A DNA stretch of 64,000 bases, taken from the human T2T-CHM13v2.0 reference genome, Homo sapiens. The notes below the pieces were generated by a model, which worked only from the letters and a program-made list of their open reading frames with translations, made no database searches and was not told where the DNA came from. Numbering within the stretch: the first letter of the stretch is position 1; each line of letters opens with the position of its first letter. Below, in pieces: positions 42,801 to 55,449 of this stretch. Where the stretch lies: assembly GCF_009914755.1 (NCBI RefSeq), contig NC_060933.1; one strand, written 5' to 3'. The translations under genes and the position numbers were made by a program.

Positions 42801-44841
42801 TTTCCTCCCCTGAAGAAGTACATCCAACTGCCATTAGAATAACGTTAAAGACAAGGCTAAAGATTGATCTTAACTGCTTCCTGCTGACAGGGGGTGCTGT
42901 TTTGGGGAAAACGGCAGATCTCCCTCAGAGGCCTATCTACAGGTTCTCAGCAGAAGGGAACATCTTCTGAGGCTCCAGTTACATGACAATTTTGAGTCTG
43001 ATGGCTTGAAGGTGAGATTATTAGAAAATATGTATCAGAATGAAAGAAGGACAGGGGTAGGGTAAGAAGAGCTCAAAAATCCCAAGGCTTTTTACTAGTT
43101 TGCACAGGGAGAGGGGGGCTTTAGGCCCAACTTGTAAAAAAAACCTTTACCCTTTTGCTGGTATGTTGGGCTTCTGGGTTCCCTTCCCCTGAGCCCAATC
43201 CTAAGCCAACCAGTTTAAAGTTTGGGAAATTAATTCTTCTCATTTTGGATGATGCATCTGAGAGGAGTGTCTTATAGTATGGAAACACAATTACCTGTCA
43301 GTGAAGAGGAGATAGAAGAGAAGAAAGGAAAAAAGAAGGAATTTTTTTTTCAAAGGAGTCCAGGGGTTCAGGATGCATTCAAAAGGGGTCCAGACTGGAG
43401 ATGAATACTCATTTAGAAAGAAGGGAACAGGCATCCTGGTTCCTTTCTCTTGCTAGCAAATACCTAAGGCACATGAGGGAAGGAAAGTCAGGCATTCCTT
43501 CTTCTTTCCTCTCACCTAGTATCCCCACTCTGGGCAACTGCGACAGGGTGCCCATGGGTGTCAAAGCAGCTTTCACCCATGTTAACAGGAGGGCCTGGGT
43601 GTGGGAGTATCCACTCTTACCCACGTATGCCCTATCTTCCCTGCAGTCAGTAGCCTTGAATTACCTAGACCTCTTTTATGCCAAGGATACTAGCATGACC
43701 TTTATTCATGAAACCATGAAACAGAAAGCTTGGCTTAATGAGCAGGAAACAGCCATACTCACCAGCACTGTGCCTTTTAACTTTCATTATAGTTGGCCTC
43801 TGGATCCCCGAGATCCAGTTTTCTTTAGTAGGGCTATGACCTGAAGCTTAAAATTGAGTTTGGGACAAAAATGTGTCTCAGATGGGGGTTGCATGGACTA
43901 CTTAGCATAAGCCAAATGTTAAGGTGAAGCTGAGGAATTTAGTCCTCCTCCAACAAGGGAGAGAAAAGAATGTCTTGTGACATGCCAGCCCAGATAACTT
44001 GTAGCTATAGTTATGTTTGCTAAGATTTGGATGCATGGTGCTTGGGCTTTGGTTAGTTCCCTTGGTCTTACTTTCCCAAAAAGGAAACCTCCATGTAGAC
44101 ACCCTACTTATTCCCTTTATCTGGCAGGATTTGCGTGATAATTGCTCAGAACTAGAATATTGACCCAGATTTCTACATTATCCATCTCTTTTGTTCTTTC
44201 TGAGCTGCAGCCAGAGATTGCTGGTTCCTTCACAGGAATAAGTAGGATTCATCTAAAAATGTAAACAAAAATATAAAAACAACTAATGAATTTAGAATTT
44301 AATGACAAATGTATAAGTTTTGAAATATAATTTCTGTCTCTCCAGTCCTCATTTTTGTTAAAAAACAAATAATGATAGGACTGAGTTGTTTTCAAAATAG
44401 ACTTTAGTCTTATACTTGGCCTGATTATTTATGAAAAGTCCAGCAAGAATAACTATCTCTACATAGGCCTTTTAGATTGACTTTGTCAGAACTCTGTTCC
44501 ACAAGGAATCTCAGATACGACCTTTTAAAGCCAAGCCCAGCCATGCATTTTTATTTTTAAATACCTGTGAGTTCAGTGATCCTCTCCTCTTAAGTTTCCA
44601 AGATAAGCTTGGAGCTCTTGGGCCTGTTAGAAAGTGACATTTTTTACTGACCACAGGTCAGAAACTCTGCACAGGGACTGTGTAGATAAGTGTATGAGAC
44701 CAGTTTCCCCAAGGGGCTTTATATCAGCTCTGCAAGTTGAGCTTGACTCCTTAAAGGGAAGCATACCCTTCCAGTCAAAGACTTGGTAAAACAACAAGTT
44801 TCTCCAATTGTGGCCTGTTGCAAAAGAAAACGGATTCTTAC

Positions 44842-45179
<338 letters not shown>

Positions 45180-47832
45180 CTATCAGTTAAGAATACTTAC
45201 AGATATTTTTCAAATTCTAGAGGAACCAGGCAGAGAGAAATAAACATGCTCCAAATTTTGTTAACAGGAGTATAACTTACTCAATTATTAAAGGCTGTAA
45301 AGAGTTCAAAATAAGTTTTCTTGACTCTGAAAAACAAAACAAGAGTAAACAATATTTCAAGCAAAAGTCAAAAAGGTTGCTTCAGCTTTTTGGGTTCATT
45401 CAGTTAGCTCTTGTTTTGCTTGATATTCATGAACATTTCACATCTTCATGAGTCCTGTACAGTTTTATTTATTCTAATGTCACAATCCTCCAAAGTTATC
45501 AAAAACCTCTATTTGAGTGCATCTGTCAATGTTCTACAGCTTATTATCAACCATCTTTTGAAAAGCATTAAACAGACAATAATTGTCTGTTAATAACAAA
45601 ATTTCCAGGGTAGTTCCAGTTAGAAACACAATTGACAAACAAGTTTGGCTATCTCCATGTTTACAATAACTTAACCTAATAACTTTAATTATGATTGATA
45701 GCATATACTTTAGACATTAGAATTTTAGAAATTCCATACAATTTTGGAACATATATTAGTATCATTTACCAAGATATAGACTAAAGAAGATTGAGTACCA
45801 TTTTGACAATCTCATGTACCTAAATATGTCAAATAATCCTGTTTACCTCTCTTTTCTGGATACTCCAGGGGCCCTTTTGAAGCATATGAAAAGACAGGTG
45901 TCAGGAAAAACAATTATGAAACTAAAGTTTAATTTCGAGAAGTCTGTTAAATATGTTAGAGGTTTAAAACACTTGATGTTATGAAACAGAATTTCAAATT
46001 ACCATGCTACTTATTTTGCCAAAATGATGACTCAGAAACTTAAAAAAGCAAAAACCTTTTATGACCCTTTACAGATTTTGCTAAAGAGCAGATTAGTGCT
46101 TTAGGAGAACCTTGCTGTGCTTTTATTTTAATGCTCAATATGCAGAAAAACCACCTAATATCCTTTTGAATTTAATCAATATGTTCACATACAGAATACA
46201 GTCAATATGTTCATACAGAATTTTTGCAAGATTAATTTTTACAATCCTTCACACACTTGTTTGAACGTTTAGCTTTTTATCTTATCTAATTTAAAACAAT
46301 CCTTTAACCCTAGGCAACAATTTACATTTACATGGCTTCTTACAGTCTTTTACTAAAAACACATTTTACTGTCCTTACACAACTTTCATGTACTCCCAAT
46401 TACATGTTCTAATGATAACGCCTAGAAATTTTTAACTTAATGTAAAACCTGGTAAGTTGTTTTAATTATGTTCTTGGTGCAGCCAATGTTTGACTCCTTC
46501 CTGTATAATTAAGGGTGTGGTTAGTTCCATATGTTTCCAGGCCTTACTAAGATGAACAGTTCTCAAAACACAAAAAGCAGTTTATAACCTTAAAACATTT
46601 AGCCAACCTAATATCTGACCTGCATAATTCAGTCCACTTATTTATATTTTGATGACATCTGCTTTTTACCAATAATTTTTAAGGCTGTTTTTATTTCCCA
46701 AAGATTAAAGTCACATGAATGGAAAGGTACCACAGCCTTTATCTTCTCTTTAAAAAATATTTGATCAAAGTGTTTATCTACCTTTAGATCAATTGATTAG
46801 AGCTCTTTTTACAGATATCACGCACACAACACATAAATAACTACACAGGCAGAAGAAAACCCAGTCCCCATAAGAATTTTCATTTATTCATCTCCTTTTT
46901 GGATTAATAGCCTTTGGTGCTTTTAATTTATGGGGTTCCATGAGGAAAATAGAGGTCTGTCCCCTCTCATGCATGCATTAAAAGTGGCAAGGCAAAATCA
47001 ACAAAAATAATTCAGTCAACTGAGAAAAAACCTTTTTCCAGCAAAACAGGATCCAAGAAAAGAAAAACCAGAAAGAACTCATTCCCTAAGCTAGGATTGA
47101 ATCCCAGGCCATTATTGTAAACTGCCAGAAGCTAGAACAAAATATTGCCACATGGTTATAGGTCTTACTCCCAAGGACGTAAAACAAGATGGAGGCCTGC
47201 AGCAAAATTTGCTATGGACCATACAGAAAGACACACAAAGCACGTCAGATTGGCTACAGTTTAAGATCAGCCTCACGAATCCTTTCTCACAATTAAAACT
47301 CTACAGATGATATAAACAATGCTCCCCAACATTCCTGGCCCAGCTAAACATCTTCTAAAAGGAAAAAACCTCCTTTCAAAGTTAACTGCTGACAAGGTGG
47401 AGAAGATAAAAGGATGCCGGGGTCAGGGGGAAGAACCTCTTATTCTTATGCAAATAGTTCCTCCACTAGCAAGAGACATTAATTTGCTGTGGGATGGAGC
47501 TGGACTCCCTGGCTAGGGAGGAAGAGACTCCATGGATAGGAGGTAGAGATAACTAGCCAGCCATGTGGGGCCCTTGGGCCATGCATCCTAGCCCTGCTTG
47601 GGGTGCGGGGAAGGTGGCAGGAAACCACAGCTTGCTTGCTCTACCATGCTGAAAAAAAGAAGGAAAAGGCCAGGAAAAGGCTGGGTTGGACTGAGGCAAA
47701 CATTTCCAATCCCCAGGAGCAACAGGGAGTGGGGGCACAGTTTCATCTACCTTCAGAAGTTTGAGGAAAAAAGTGCTTAGGAGTGAAAGAAAAAACAATT
47801 TTTTGTTTTGTCTCTTACTCACCCTTTCTCAA

Positions 47833-47850
47833 GCCCCACGTTGGGTGCCA
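47833..47850 (-). other. Retroviral primer-binding site, tRNA-Lys(CTT)
   Basis: Minus strand TGGCACCCAACGTGGGGC, 17/18 match to the Lys1,2 PBS TGGCGCCCAACGTGGGGC, 4 nt after the 5' LTR. Confidence 0.88.
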
Positions 47851-47854
47851 AAAG

Positions 47855-48185
47855 TGTTGCAGGACTTTCTTCTTAGTTCAGCTAAAAACTAGGTTCTTGT
47901 GACATGAACAGGAAAGATTAGGCTCTCAGACATTTTGAAGGGTGAGGGGCTTATGGAATTTATTGGACAAAAACGAAAAAGGAAAACAATACAGCAAAGT
48001 GAGAGAGGTTCTTGTTAACAGGCCCCCATCTCACAGATTGAATCCCACGTGACCACACGAGATCAAGAGGGGCCAGGCTCCTCCCCCCTGCAAATGGTGT
48101 AAACTTTCTGATGCCCCACTCCATCTTTTAAGTACTCAGGCCAGTTGGAGATTCTCCAGGGATCCCTTTTTACTTGGCTGTCTCA
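47855..48185 (-). mobile_element. MER61-type 5' LTR
   Basis: 331 bp; minus strand starts TGAGACAGCCAAGTAAAAAGGG; about 83% identical to 42470-42800 by hand alignment. Confidence 0.88.
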
Positions 48186-48377
48186 GGTAGTCATTACTTT
48201 GTTCATCTAGTCACTTCTTGATGGAGATTTGTGTAATTTTTAGTTTCTAGCTATTTCAAATAAAGCTACTGAAATGTATATAAAATTTTTTATGAATATA
48301 TGCTTTCATTTATCTTGATTGACTTATCTAGGAGTAGGATGCTTGTATCATATGGGAGGTTCATGTTTAGCTTTTTA

Positions 48378-48542
48378 AAAATAAACTTTTAATTTTAAAA
48401 CGGTTATAAATTTATAGAATAATTGCAAATTACTGCAGAGTTTTTTATATACCTCATACTCCTGCTATTATTAACATCTTATTAGAATACAGTACAGTTG
48501 CCACAGTTATTAAACTAATATTGATACAATTAGTAACTAAAG
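48378..48542 (-). mobile_element. L1MC 3' end fragment
   Basis: AAACTTTT.ATTTT...AAATTTATAGAA.AATTGCAA...CTATTATTAACATCTT...AATATTGATACA. Confidence 0.6.
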
Positions 48543-48544
48543 AA

Positions 48545-49120
48545 CCAAAGTGTTTTCAACCTACTACATACATGTTCTCATGATAAAAAATAAGTAAGCC
48601 TAGTGTAAGACTTGACAGCACCATTTGCCACACATACCTAAATTCAGCTAATAGGCTTTATCCAAAAGAAAAGTTAATCCATATTTTTAAGATAAGATAC
48701 AGTTTTGCAAATTTGAGTGAGGTGAATGCCTATGGTAAACTCTTAAACTCCCTCAGAAACTGAGAGATGGGGGCCCTGTCTTCCTGATTATTACATTTTA
48801 AAAGGTGGTTCCCAGATGTTTGAGAAAGACATTCCTGGGTTGCGAAAATATTGCCTCCCAGCAAGGAGAGATCTAGCTGACGATATTTGCCCAGCGCAGG
48901 AGTTTAGTGTGTTGTAGCAGTGGAAGCCACAGCCTCTGGCAAGAAGCTTATTTAGCTTTCAAAAATACTTACATACATTTAAAAGAGACAGGAAAATAAC
49001 TTAAAATTATAAGTTTACTAGCTTAAATGTTCTACGAAAAGAGACGAGGCAAGGAATCTCTTCCCTTAATTTCAAAGGGAAGAATTAAACCTCATTTTTA
49101 AAATTTGTATTTGCCCTGAT
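48545..49120 (-). mobile_element. ERV1-class LTR, same family as 38646-39660, one end truncated
   Basis: Shared blocks GACTTGACA.CA.CATTT, TGAGAAA.ACATTCCTGG, GGAATCTCTTCCCTTA.TTTCAA, AATTTGTATTTGCCCT. Confidence 0.75.
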
Positions 49121-49669
49121 AATCCTCACTGATAATGTGTCCCAGTTTCCATCGATTTTTGAGATAGAGGTGTTGAAATTTCTTACTATAATTATGGATT
49201 TATCTTTTTCTCCTTGCGGTCTATCAGTTTTGCTACAAATATGTTGAAGTGCTGAGACATAAATGCTTAAGAGTTTTATGAGTTTTTGATAAGTTGACTC
49301 ATTTTGAATAAGAAATGACCTTGGTAACAGTCTTTCTCTGAAATATACTTTGTATCTTGATGATATGCATATTCTAGCTTTCATTTGATTAATACTAGAA
49401 CATATATGTATATATATATATATATACATATTCTTAAAAACATCTTTTGAAAGTAACTGGCTATTTAAAGCAAAATCAACAGATGGTTGATGTTAAAAGA
49501 TGTTAAAAACATCTTTTAAAAAGATGGAAGTGGAATGTTCTGACTTCCACTGCTAGACCAAACTGAGCTCTTGCTCTGGGCAAATATCATCAGCTAGATC
49601 TCTCCTGCTGGGAGGTAATATTTTCACAACCCAAGAATGTCTTTCTCAAGGATCTGAACAAACTGAAAA

Positions 49670-49681
49670 CGTGTGTGTGTA

Positions 49682-49713
<32 letters not shown>

Positions 49714-49870
49714 AATAATACACACACGTACATACATGTACATATGTATATATGTATATATGTGTGTATATATGTACATATATGTATATGTGTGTATATG
49801 TACATATATGTATATGTGTGTGTATATGTGTGTATACATGTGTATATATGTATATATATGTATGTATACA

Positions 49871-49908
<38 letters not shown>

Positions 49909-49919
49909 TGTGTGTATAC
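49670..49919. repeat. Compound (TG)n/(TA)n/(TATG)n microsatellite
   Basis: About 250 bp of mostly alternating purine-pyrimidine sequence. Confidence 0.95.
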
Positions 49920-49922
49920 AGG

Positions 49923-50007
49923 TTTTTTTTTTTGAGACAGGGTCTCACTCTGTTGCCCAGGCTGGAGTGCAGTGACATGATTATGGTTCACTGCATCTTT
50001 GACCTCC
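49923..50007 (-). mobile_element. Short Alu 3' fragment (AluJ/FRAM-like)
   Basis: T tail, TGAGACAGGGTCTCACTCTGTTGCCCAGGCTGGAGTGCAGTG. Confidence 0.85.
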
Positions 50008-50382
50008 AGAAAACTGTATATTTTATTTTTATTTTGCCTATACCATTTGTTTCTTCTCATTTAATATAGGTTTCCCATAGGCACCATTTCCTGGTAGCTT
50101 TCACTTTTACCCAACCTGATAATTTGGGAAGGATTGTGATGTTTAGTCCATTAACCTTTGAGGTCATTATTAATACGGCTGGTTTTAAATTCACTAATTT
50201 GCTATTTGTTTTTCTATCTGTCTTGTGTGTTCTTGTTTTCTTCTCTTCTGTTTGTCTTTTTAAATTCACTGTATATTGTTCAAATTCTACCTTATCTTCT
50301 TTTTTGTCTATTAACTACTTCTCTCTTTTTTAGTTTTTCATTATTTAGTATTTGATTATTTTGGTTTTTAGAGGGCTTATAG

Positions 50383-50753
50383 TCTTAAGTTTAGCTTAAG
50401 GCTGCTTCTTTATATATTTTAAAGAGTTCTCTGTACACGGTAAACTGTAACCTAACTGAATGTGTAAGCAGACTGTAACCTACTCTTGTGCCAATCACTG
50501 AGTTTAGACCAAAGGCAGCCAACTGTTCAAACCTAGATCGAATAATTCAAATGCCAAGATATAACTAGCCCAGCTGTTTTGGTACCTAACTTCAATTTTC
50601 TATGTGTCACTTCCCTTTGTTTGTCCATAAATCTTCTTACAACATGTGGCTGTGCTGGAGCCCCTCTATACCTATTCTGGTTCAGGGGGTGCCTGTTTTG
50701 TGAATCATTCTTTGCTCAATTAAATTTAATTTATTTAAGTTTTTTTTTAAACA
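50383..50753 (+). mobile_element. MER57-like solo LTR (ERV1)
   Basis: TTAAGTTTAGC.TAA.GCTGC...AACTGTAACCTAACTG.ATGTGTAA.CAGACTGTAACCTACTCTTGTGCCAATCAC; ends TAAACA; TSD ATAG. Confidence 0.85.
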
Positions 50754-52674
50754 ATAGTAACACCTTTAACTTACATTTGTATATTGCAAGTCATATTTTA
50801 TGTGTCATATACAAAACTTAAACTCCTACACCTAAACTCATCCCCACTTCTTGTTCTTTGGGCTATTATATCAATGTATAATATTATTTCTATGAATAGT
50901 ATAAATCACAGAATATATTGTCGAGTTTGCTTTAAATAGCTAGTTACTTTTAAATGATGTTTTTCAGATAAGAAACAAAATTTTTAAAATATATTATACA
51001 GATAGTTATCATTTTTATTCTTCATTTCGTTGTGTAATACCAATATCCCTACAGTAACTTTATTCTTCTTCCTGAAAGACTTCCTTTAACATTTCTAGAG
51101 GTGAGGGGCTGCTACTTTTGAAATGTTTTAGCCTTTTTAAGTCTAAGGTAGTATTGTCATCAAAATATAAAACATATTTCAAATACAAATTGAAACATTT
51201 ATTTGTTTATTATGGTCACATATTTTGAACTTTGTAAAGTCCAGTTTTTTGGTTTTAATCAAATTAGAAAAAATACTATTATTTATTTAAATACTATTTC
51301 TATTTCCTTCTCTCTTCTTTGGGAACTCCAATAGCACCGATATAGGCAATCAGAAATTTTCCTATGACTCACTAATACTAGTTTGTCATTTGTTTATTTT
51401 TAAATGTGGATAGTTTTTATTTGTATGTCTTCAAATTAATTGACCTTTTCATTTGCAATGCCTAATCTTCTATTTACCTGAAATGTCAAATCTTAGACAT
51501 TGTAGTTTGCATCTGTGGAAGTTTGATTTGGACCTTTTTCTTTCTACCATATCTCCATTTAGTATACAATCCCTTCTCAACCTTTGTGAATGTATAGAAT
51601 ATATTATAAATATTTTACTCTTTTTGTCTACTAGCTCTATCGTTACTCTACGATCAAAGTTTCTTAATATTAGCAGGGTTTTTTCCTCATATGGGTCATA
51701 TTTTCTTGCATCTTTGCATTCTGACTTTTTATTGGATGCATTTTATGAATTTTATCTTGTTGAAACCTGGATGTATTTTATTTTTATATTCTTTACCTAT
51801 ATTTTGCAATACAATTAAGTTGCTTGGAAATCATTTTTTAGTTTGTTTTTAACATTTCTGGGATGACACCAGTAGTCTTTGGTTTGCTTTTTCTCTCATT
51901 ACTGAGGCAAAACCATTTGAATTAGTCTCCCTAAAGCCCTATGAGAAACAGTGTGTTTCACTCTTACTGGTGAGTAAAATTTTCTCAGCTCTATTTGAGC
52001 TCCAGGTATTGTTCTCTTTGTTCATACTGGTTACTTTTTTTTCCCAGCCTCATGTAGTTTTCTTAAAATCCAGTAATTCACACTTGGCTGAAACCTCAGA
52101 AGAAATACTTGCAAGTCTCTGTGAAATTTTCTTTCTGAGAAACTTTCTAACTGACATGGCTTCACTGCATTCTCAGCTTTGTTACCTTAACTTAGAGAGT
52201 TCATTGGATTTTTCCAGGTTTTCATCTCTCTGATGCAGCCTAGAAATTGCTTTCTATTAGCAAGCCTGTACAACACTAGAGATGCAAATTTTTTTATTGT
52301 TGTTGTTGTTGTTTCTGATATAGGTACAACTGATTTAACTCTACCCCAACCATCATGGTAGAAGCCAATTTTGTAAGTATTAACAAATTCATTTGAGCAT
52401 TTGTGATTGCCTTTATATGTATCTATTCCCTGAATTTTCTTTTGAATGAGTTTTTTTAACACCTGTGTTTCCTTTATTAATTGTAAAATAAAATAGTTGA
52501 AATGTGTTCATTTTATATTAGAAAAATACATAATTTTATATATTATAAAAAGTATACTTAAAAAGTGTATGTGTAATAATCCAGTGGGTAGAATTTTCTT
52601 AGATATTTTCTAATTGATGGATATTTTGATATTTTTATTTTTGCTATTAAAAATTTATCACACTTATTTCATGC

Positions 52675-53049
52675 TCTATTAGTCTGTTCTCACACTACTA
52701 TAAAGAACTCCCTAAGACTGGGTAATTTATAAAGGAAAGAGGTTTTATTGACCCACAGTTTTGCATGGCTGGGGAGGCCTCTGGAAACTTACAATCATGG
52801 TGGAAGGGGAAGCAAACATGGCCTTCTTCACATGGTGGCAGGAGAGAGAAGTGCCCAGCCAAGCAGGAAAAGCCCCTTATAAAACCATCAGAGATCTCAT
52901 GAGAACTCATTCACTATCACCAGAATAGCATGGGGGTAACTGCCCCATGATTCAATTATCTCCCACCAGGTCCTTCCTACAACAAGTGGGGATTATGGGA
53001 GCTATAATTCAAGATGAGATTTGGGTGGGGACACACCCAAACCATATCA
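52675..53049 (-). mobile_element. THE1C/D-like solo LTR
   Basis: TATTAGTCTGTTCTCAC...GAGATTTGGGTGGGGACACA.CCAAACCATATCA; near-TSD CATGC/CAGGC. Confidence 0.92.
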
Positions 53050-54079
53050 CAGGCATGTGGCTTATTTATTTTTCTATTTCAAAGCTCTTATTTGGAAAAC
53101 ATTCAAAACATATTCAATAAGAGATGGTCATTTTTTTAAGGATCAAGATTAAATTGCTTAATTGGGGCTTTATTTCTGAGTACTCCACTTACTAGTATAG
53201 CTGACCACCTGTAATATAAGTTGTTAGTTGCAGTAATTTTTTACTATGTATATAATTATATTTTTTAGAACTTAGTGCGCCTATTATGGGACTTCTTAGA
53301 TAAAGCCTTTAGTTGCATATAAATATTTTATTTTCAAATTGTTGTTAGTAATAATAGTAACTAGAAATTTAACAGATGTCCGAGTCTGCTAATTTAATGT
53401 TTGAAGTGAGTGCTTCTGTAGGTCCTACTGGTATTAATTTATAGGACTCTGCTATAGTCACTTTCTTTTTTATGGCCTCAATTAAGATGATATAAAGTCA
53501 CCAAGGGCATGTATGGCATAAAAACTCATTTCTAAAGTTAAAAATAAGTAGTAAGTACCACCAAGTGAGTTCCTGTGCATATGTGTCTGTGTGTGTGTGC
53601 TTTTAAGATTTAGTAGAGAAAATCTCCTTTAAATAAGAAGTACTTCTTTACCTTTTATTTCTAGTAGTAGGTCAGAGAAATCACATGAGAGAAAATGTTC
53701 TTCAGTGTCAACTAATTTCTTTCCATTTCACAGTCATCACATATTGATTTTAAATAATATAATTCTGAATGTAATTTCACCTCACAATGATAAATTTATT
53801 TTACTAACATGTCTACCAATATGCCTAGCTCCAATTGAAACTCCATGATTGTAGTATTGTTATTTTATTAGGTTGGAATCCAATTCAAATAAAGCAGGAC
53901 TGATAATCTGTGCTCTTAATGTAAACAAAAAATTTGAAACTTGAACTTTACCTAAATTTACAAATGGAAACCATGACACTGAGTTATATTCTAATGTTAA
54001 GAAATAAGTTGATTTATAGACCCATGAAATGATGACCAATTACATATAAATGTATTGGTTCTTATGTTTACATACTTAT

Positions 54080-54700
54080 ATTAAAACAATTTATGGATTA
54101 TCTCTTGTGTGTCAGGTAAAATATTGGTAGGTGGAAATAAAAATATAAGTACAATATTTTCATTGCTTTAAATACTTTTCAGAAATGTTGTATTAAAATA
54201 GTCCCATATAATTAGAAAATGAGAGCATGTACTCTCCAGAAGCCTTAGAGAAGGATTCATAATTAAGCACATATTTACGTTGATCAGAAAAAATATGTAG
54301 ATTAACATTTCTGAAGTGAAGGTGTAAATTTCAGGCAGAAGAAACTTTCAGAAGTGGAAAAATTCATCCTGTGATTGGGGAAGAATTCTAGGCACTGTCT
54401 ACATAAGTTTTGCAGAGAAATAAAGAAGAGCCAATAGGATTTGATGCACCAGAATTGGTTTTATATCAAATAAAGCAAAATTTGTGCTGTGTATAATAGT
54501 ATTTTGGGCTTTTTCCACTGTGTATTTTTGGAGAGTTGAAGGAAATGATTAAATCTGCAGGACTGATTGCAGAGACAAAACAGAAGCAGGTAGATAAATC
54601 TGGAGGCTTTTACAATAATCTTAATAAAAATTATATTATTACAGATTCACAGAATAAAGTGACTGAAAGGATCAAAGAACTTTCACAGTTGAAATTTTAG
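54080..54700 (-). mobile_element. Degenerate L2 fragments
   Basis: AACAATTTATGGA.TATCT.TTGTGTGTCAGG and GAAGCAGG.AGA..AAT.TGGAGGCT.TTACAATAATC. Confidence 0.4.
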
Positions 54701-54899
54701 AATCAATTGGGAAGAAGAATTTTCTGAAACTTGGTAATTTATATTAGGTTCGACTTTTCATCTTGTCCTATCAAGCATGACTTTATAAAAAGATACATTT
54801 CAACTTTAGTTATTATATAATATTATGATGGGAAGTTTTCCTATCTCAATAATTATTTTCACTTTTTAATTTTAAAGATTTAAAATACTTTTAATAGCT

Positions 54900-55360
54900 A
54901 AATATTTCAATTGTCTGTCTAAATTCCCATCTAGTTAGGAATTCAGAAAATTAGAAACTAAATTTCCCAGATTCCCTTGCAAATAATACTCTAGATATTT
55001 TTTTACATGGATCAACTCTTTTGAGATTTAGAAAAAAAATCAGGTAAAGGCAATCTCCCTGTATTTTGGCTATTATCATTGGTTACAAAGGTTGTGGTAA
55101 TGTGCTCTTGTGTTTCTTGGTGGCCAGAAATGGTAATAACATATTTATATGTCAGAAGAGATCCAGCAGTGGCTACGGAATTAGCAGTGTCCCTAAGTTT
55201 TAGACTCTGTTTGTTCTGGGAGTCATATGAAAAACCTAGAGTTTAATTTGGTTTCGTAATTATTCCATTGATTTTTAAATAATTCTTTGTATGTTTTTAA
55301 ATTTATTTTTGTTTATAATAGTTATAATGGCATCTGTTTCTTGCAATAAACAATCAGATT
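54900..55360 (+). mobile_element. Degenerate ERVL LTR (LTR33-like, tentative)
   Basis: AAACTA.ATTTCCCAGATTCCCTTGCA...TCTGTTTCTTGCAA. Confidence 0.45.
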
Positions 55361-55449
55361 TGTGTTAGCAAAGAAGATAACAGGAAGTTTTAATTCAATA
55401 TTCTTGTAAAGTTCACGATAGTCTACACCTCAAAACTAGTTTGATGTGG

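Larger units (their letters stand above)
49121..52300 (-). mobile_element. Old L1 (L1MC/MD): endonuclease region, inter-ORF, ORF1 and 5' remnants, multiply interrupted
   Basis: Minus translations GEKDKSIIIVRNFNTSISKID and IMTSKVNGLN...LSGWVK...WCLWETYIK are L1 ORF2 endonuclease motifs. Confidence 0.75.

Noticed and set aside
43401-43844. 147-aa ORF inside the provirus
   Set aside because: Antisense to the provirus with no recognisable retroviral or cellular motif
47833-47850. tRNA-Lys gene
   Set aside because: Only the 18-nt 3'-end match is present; this is a primer-binding site, not a tRNA
49590-50069. Cluster of His/Thr/Tyr- and Cys/Val-rich ORFs up to 156 aa
   Set aside because: Artefact of the stop-poor TG/TA microsatellite
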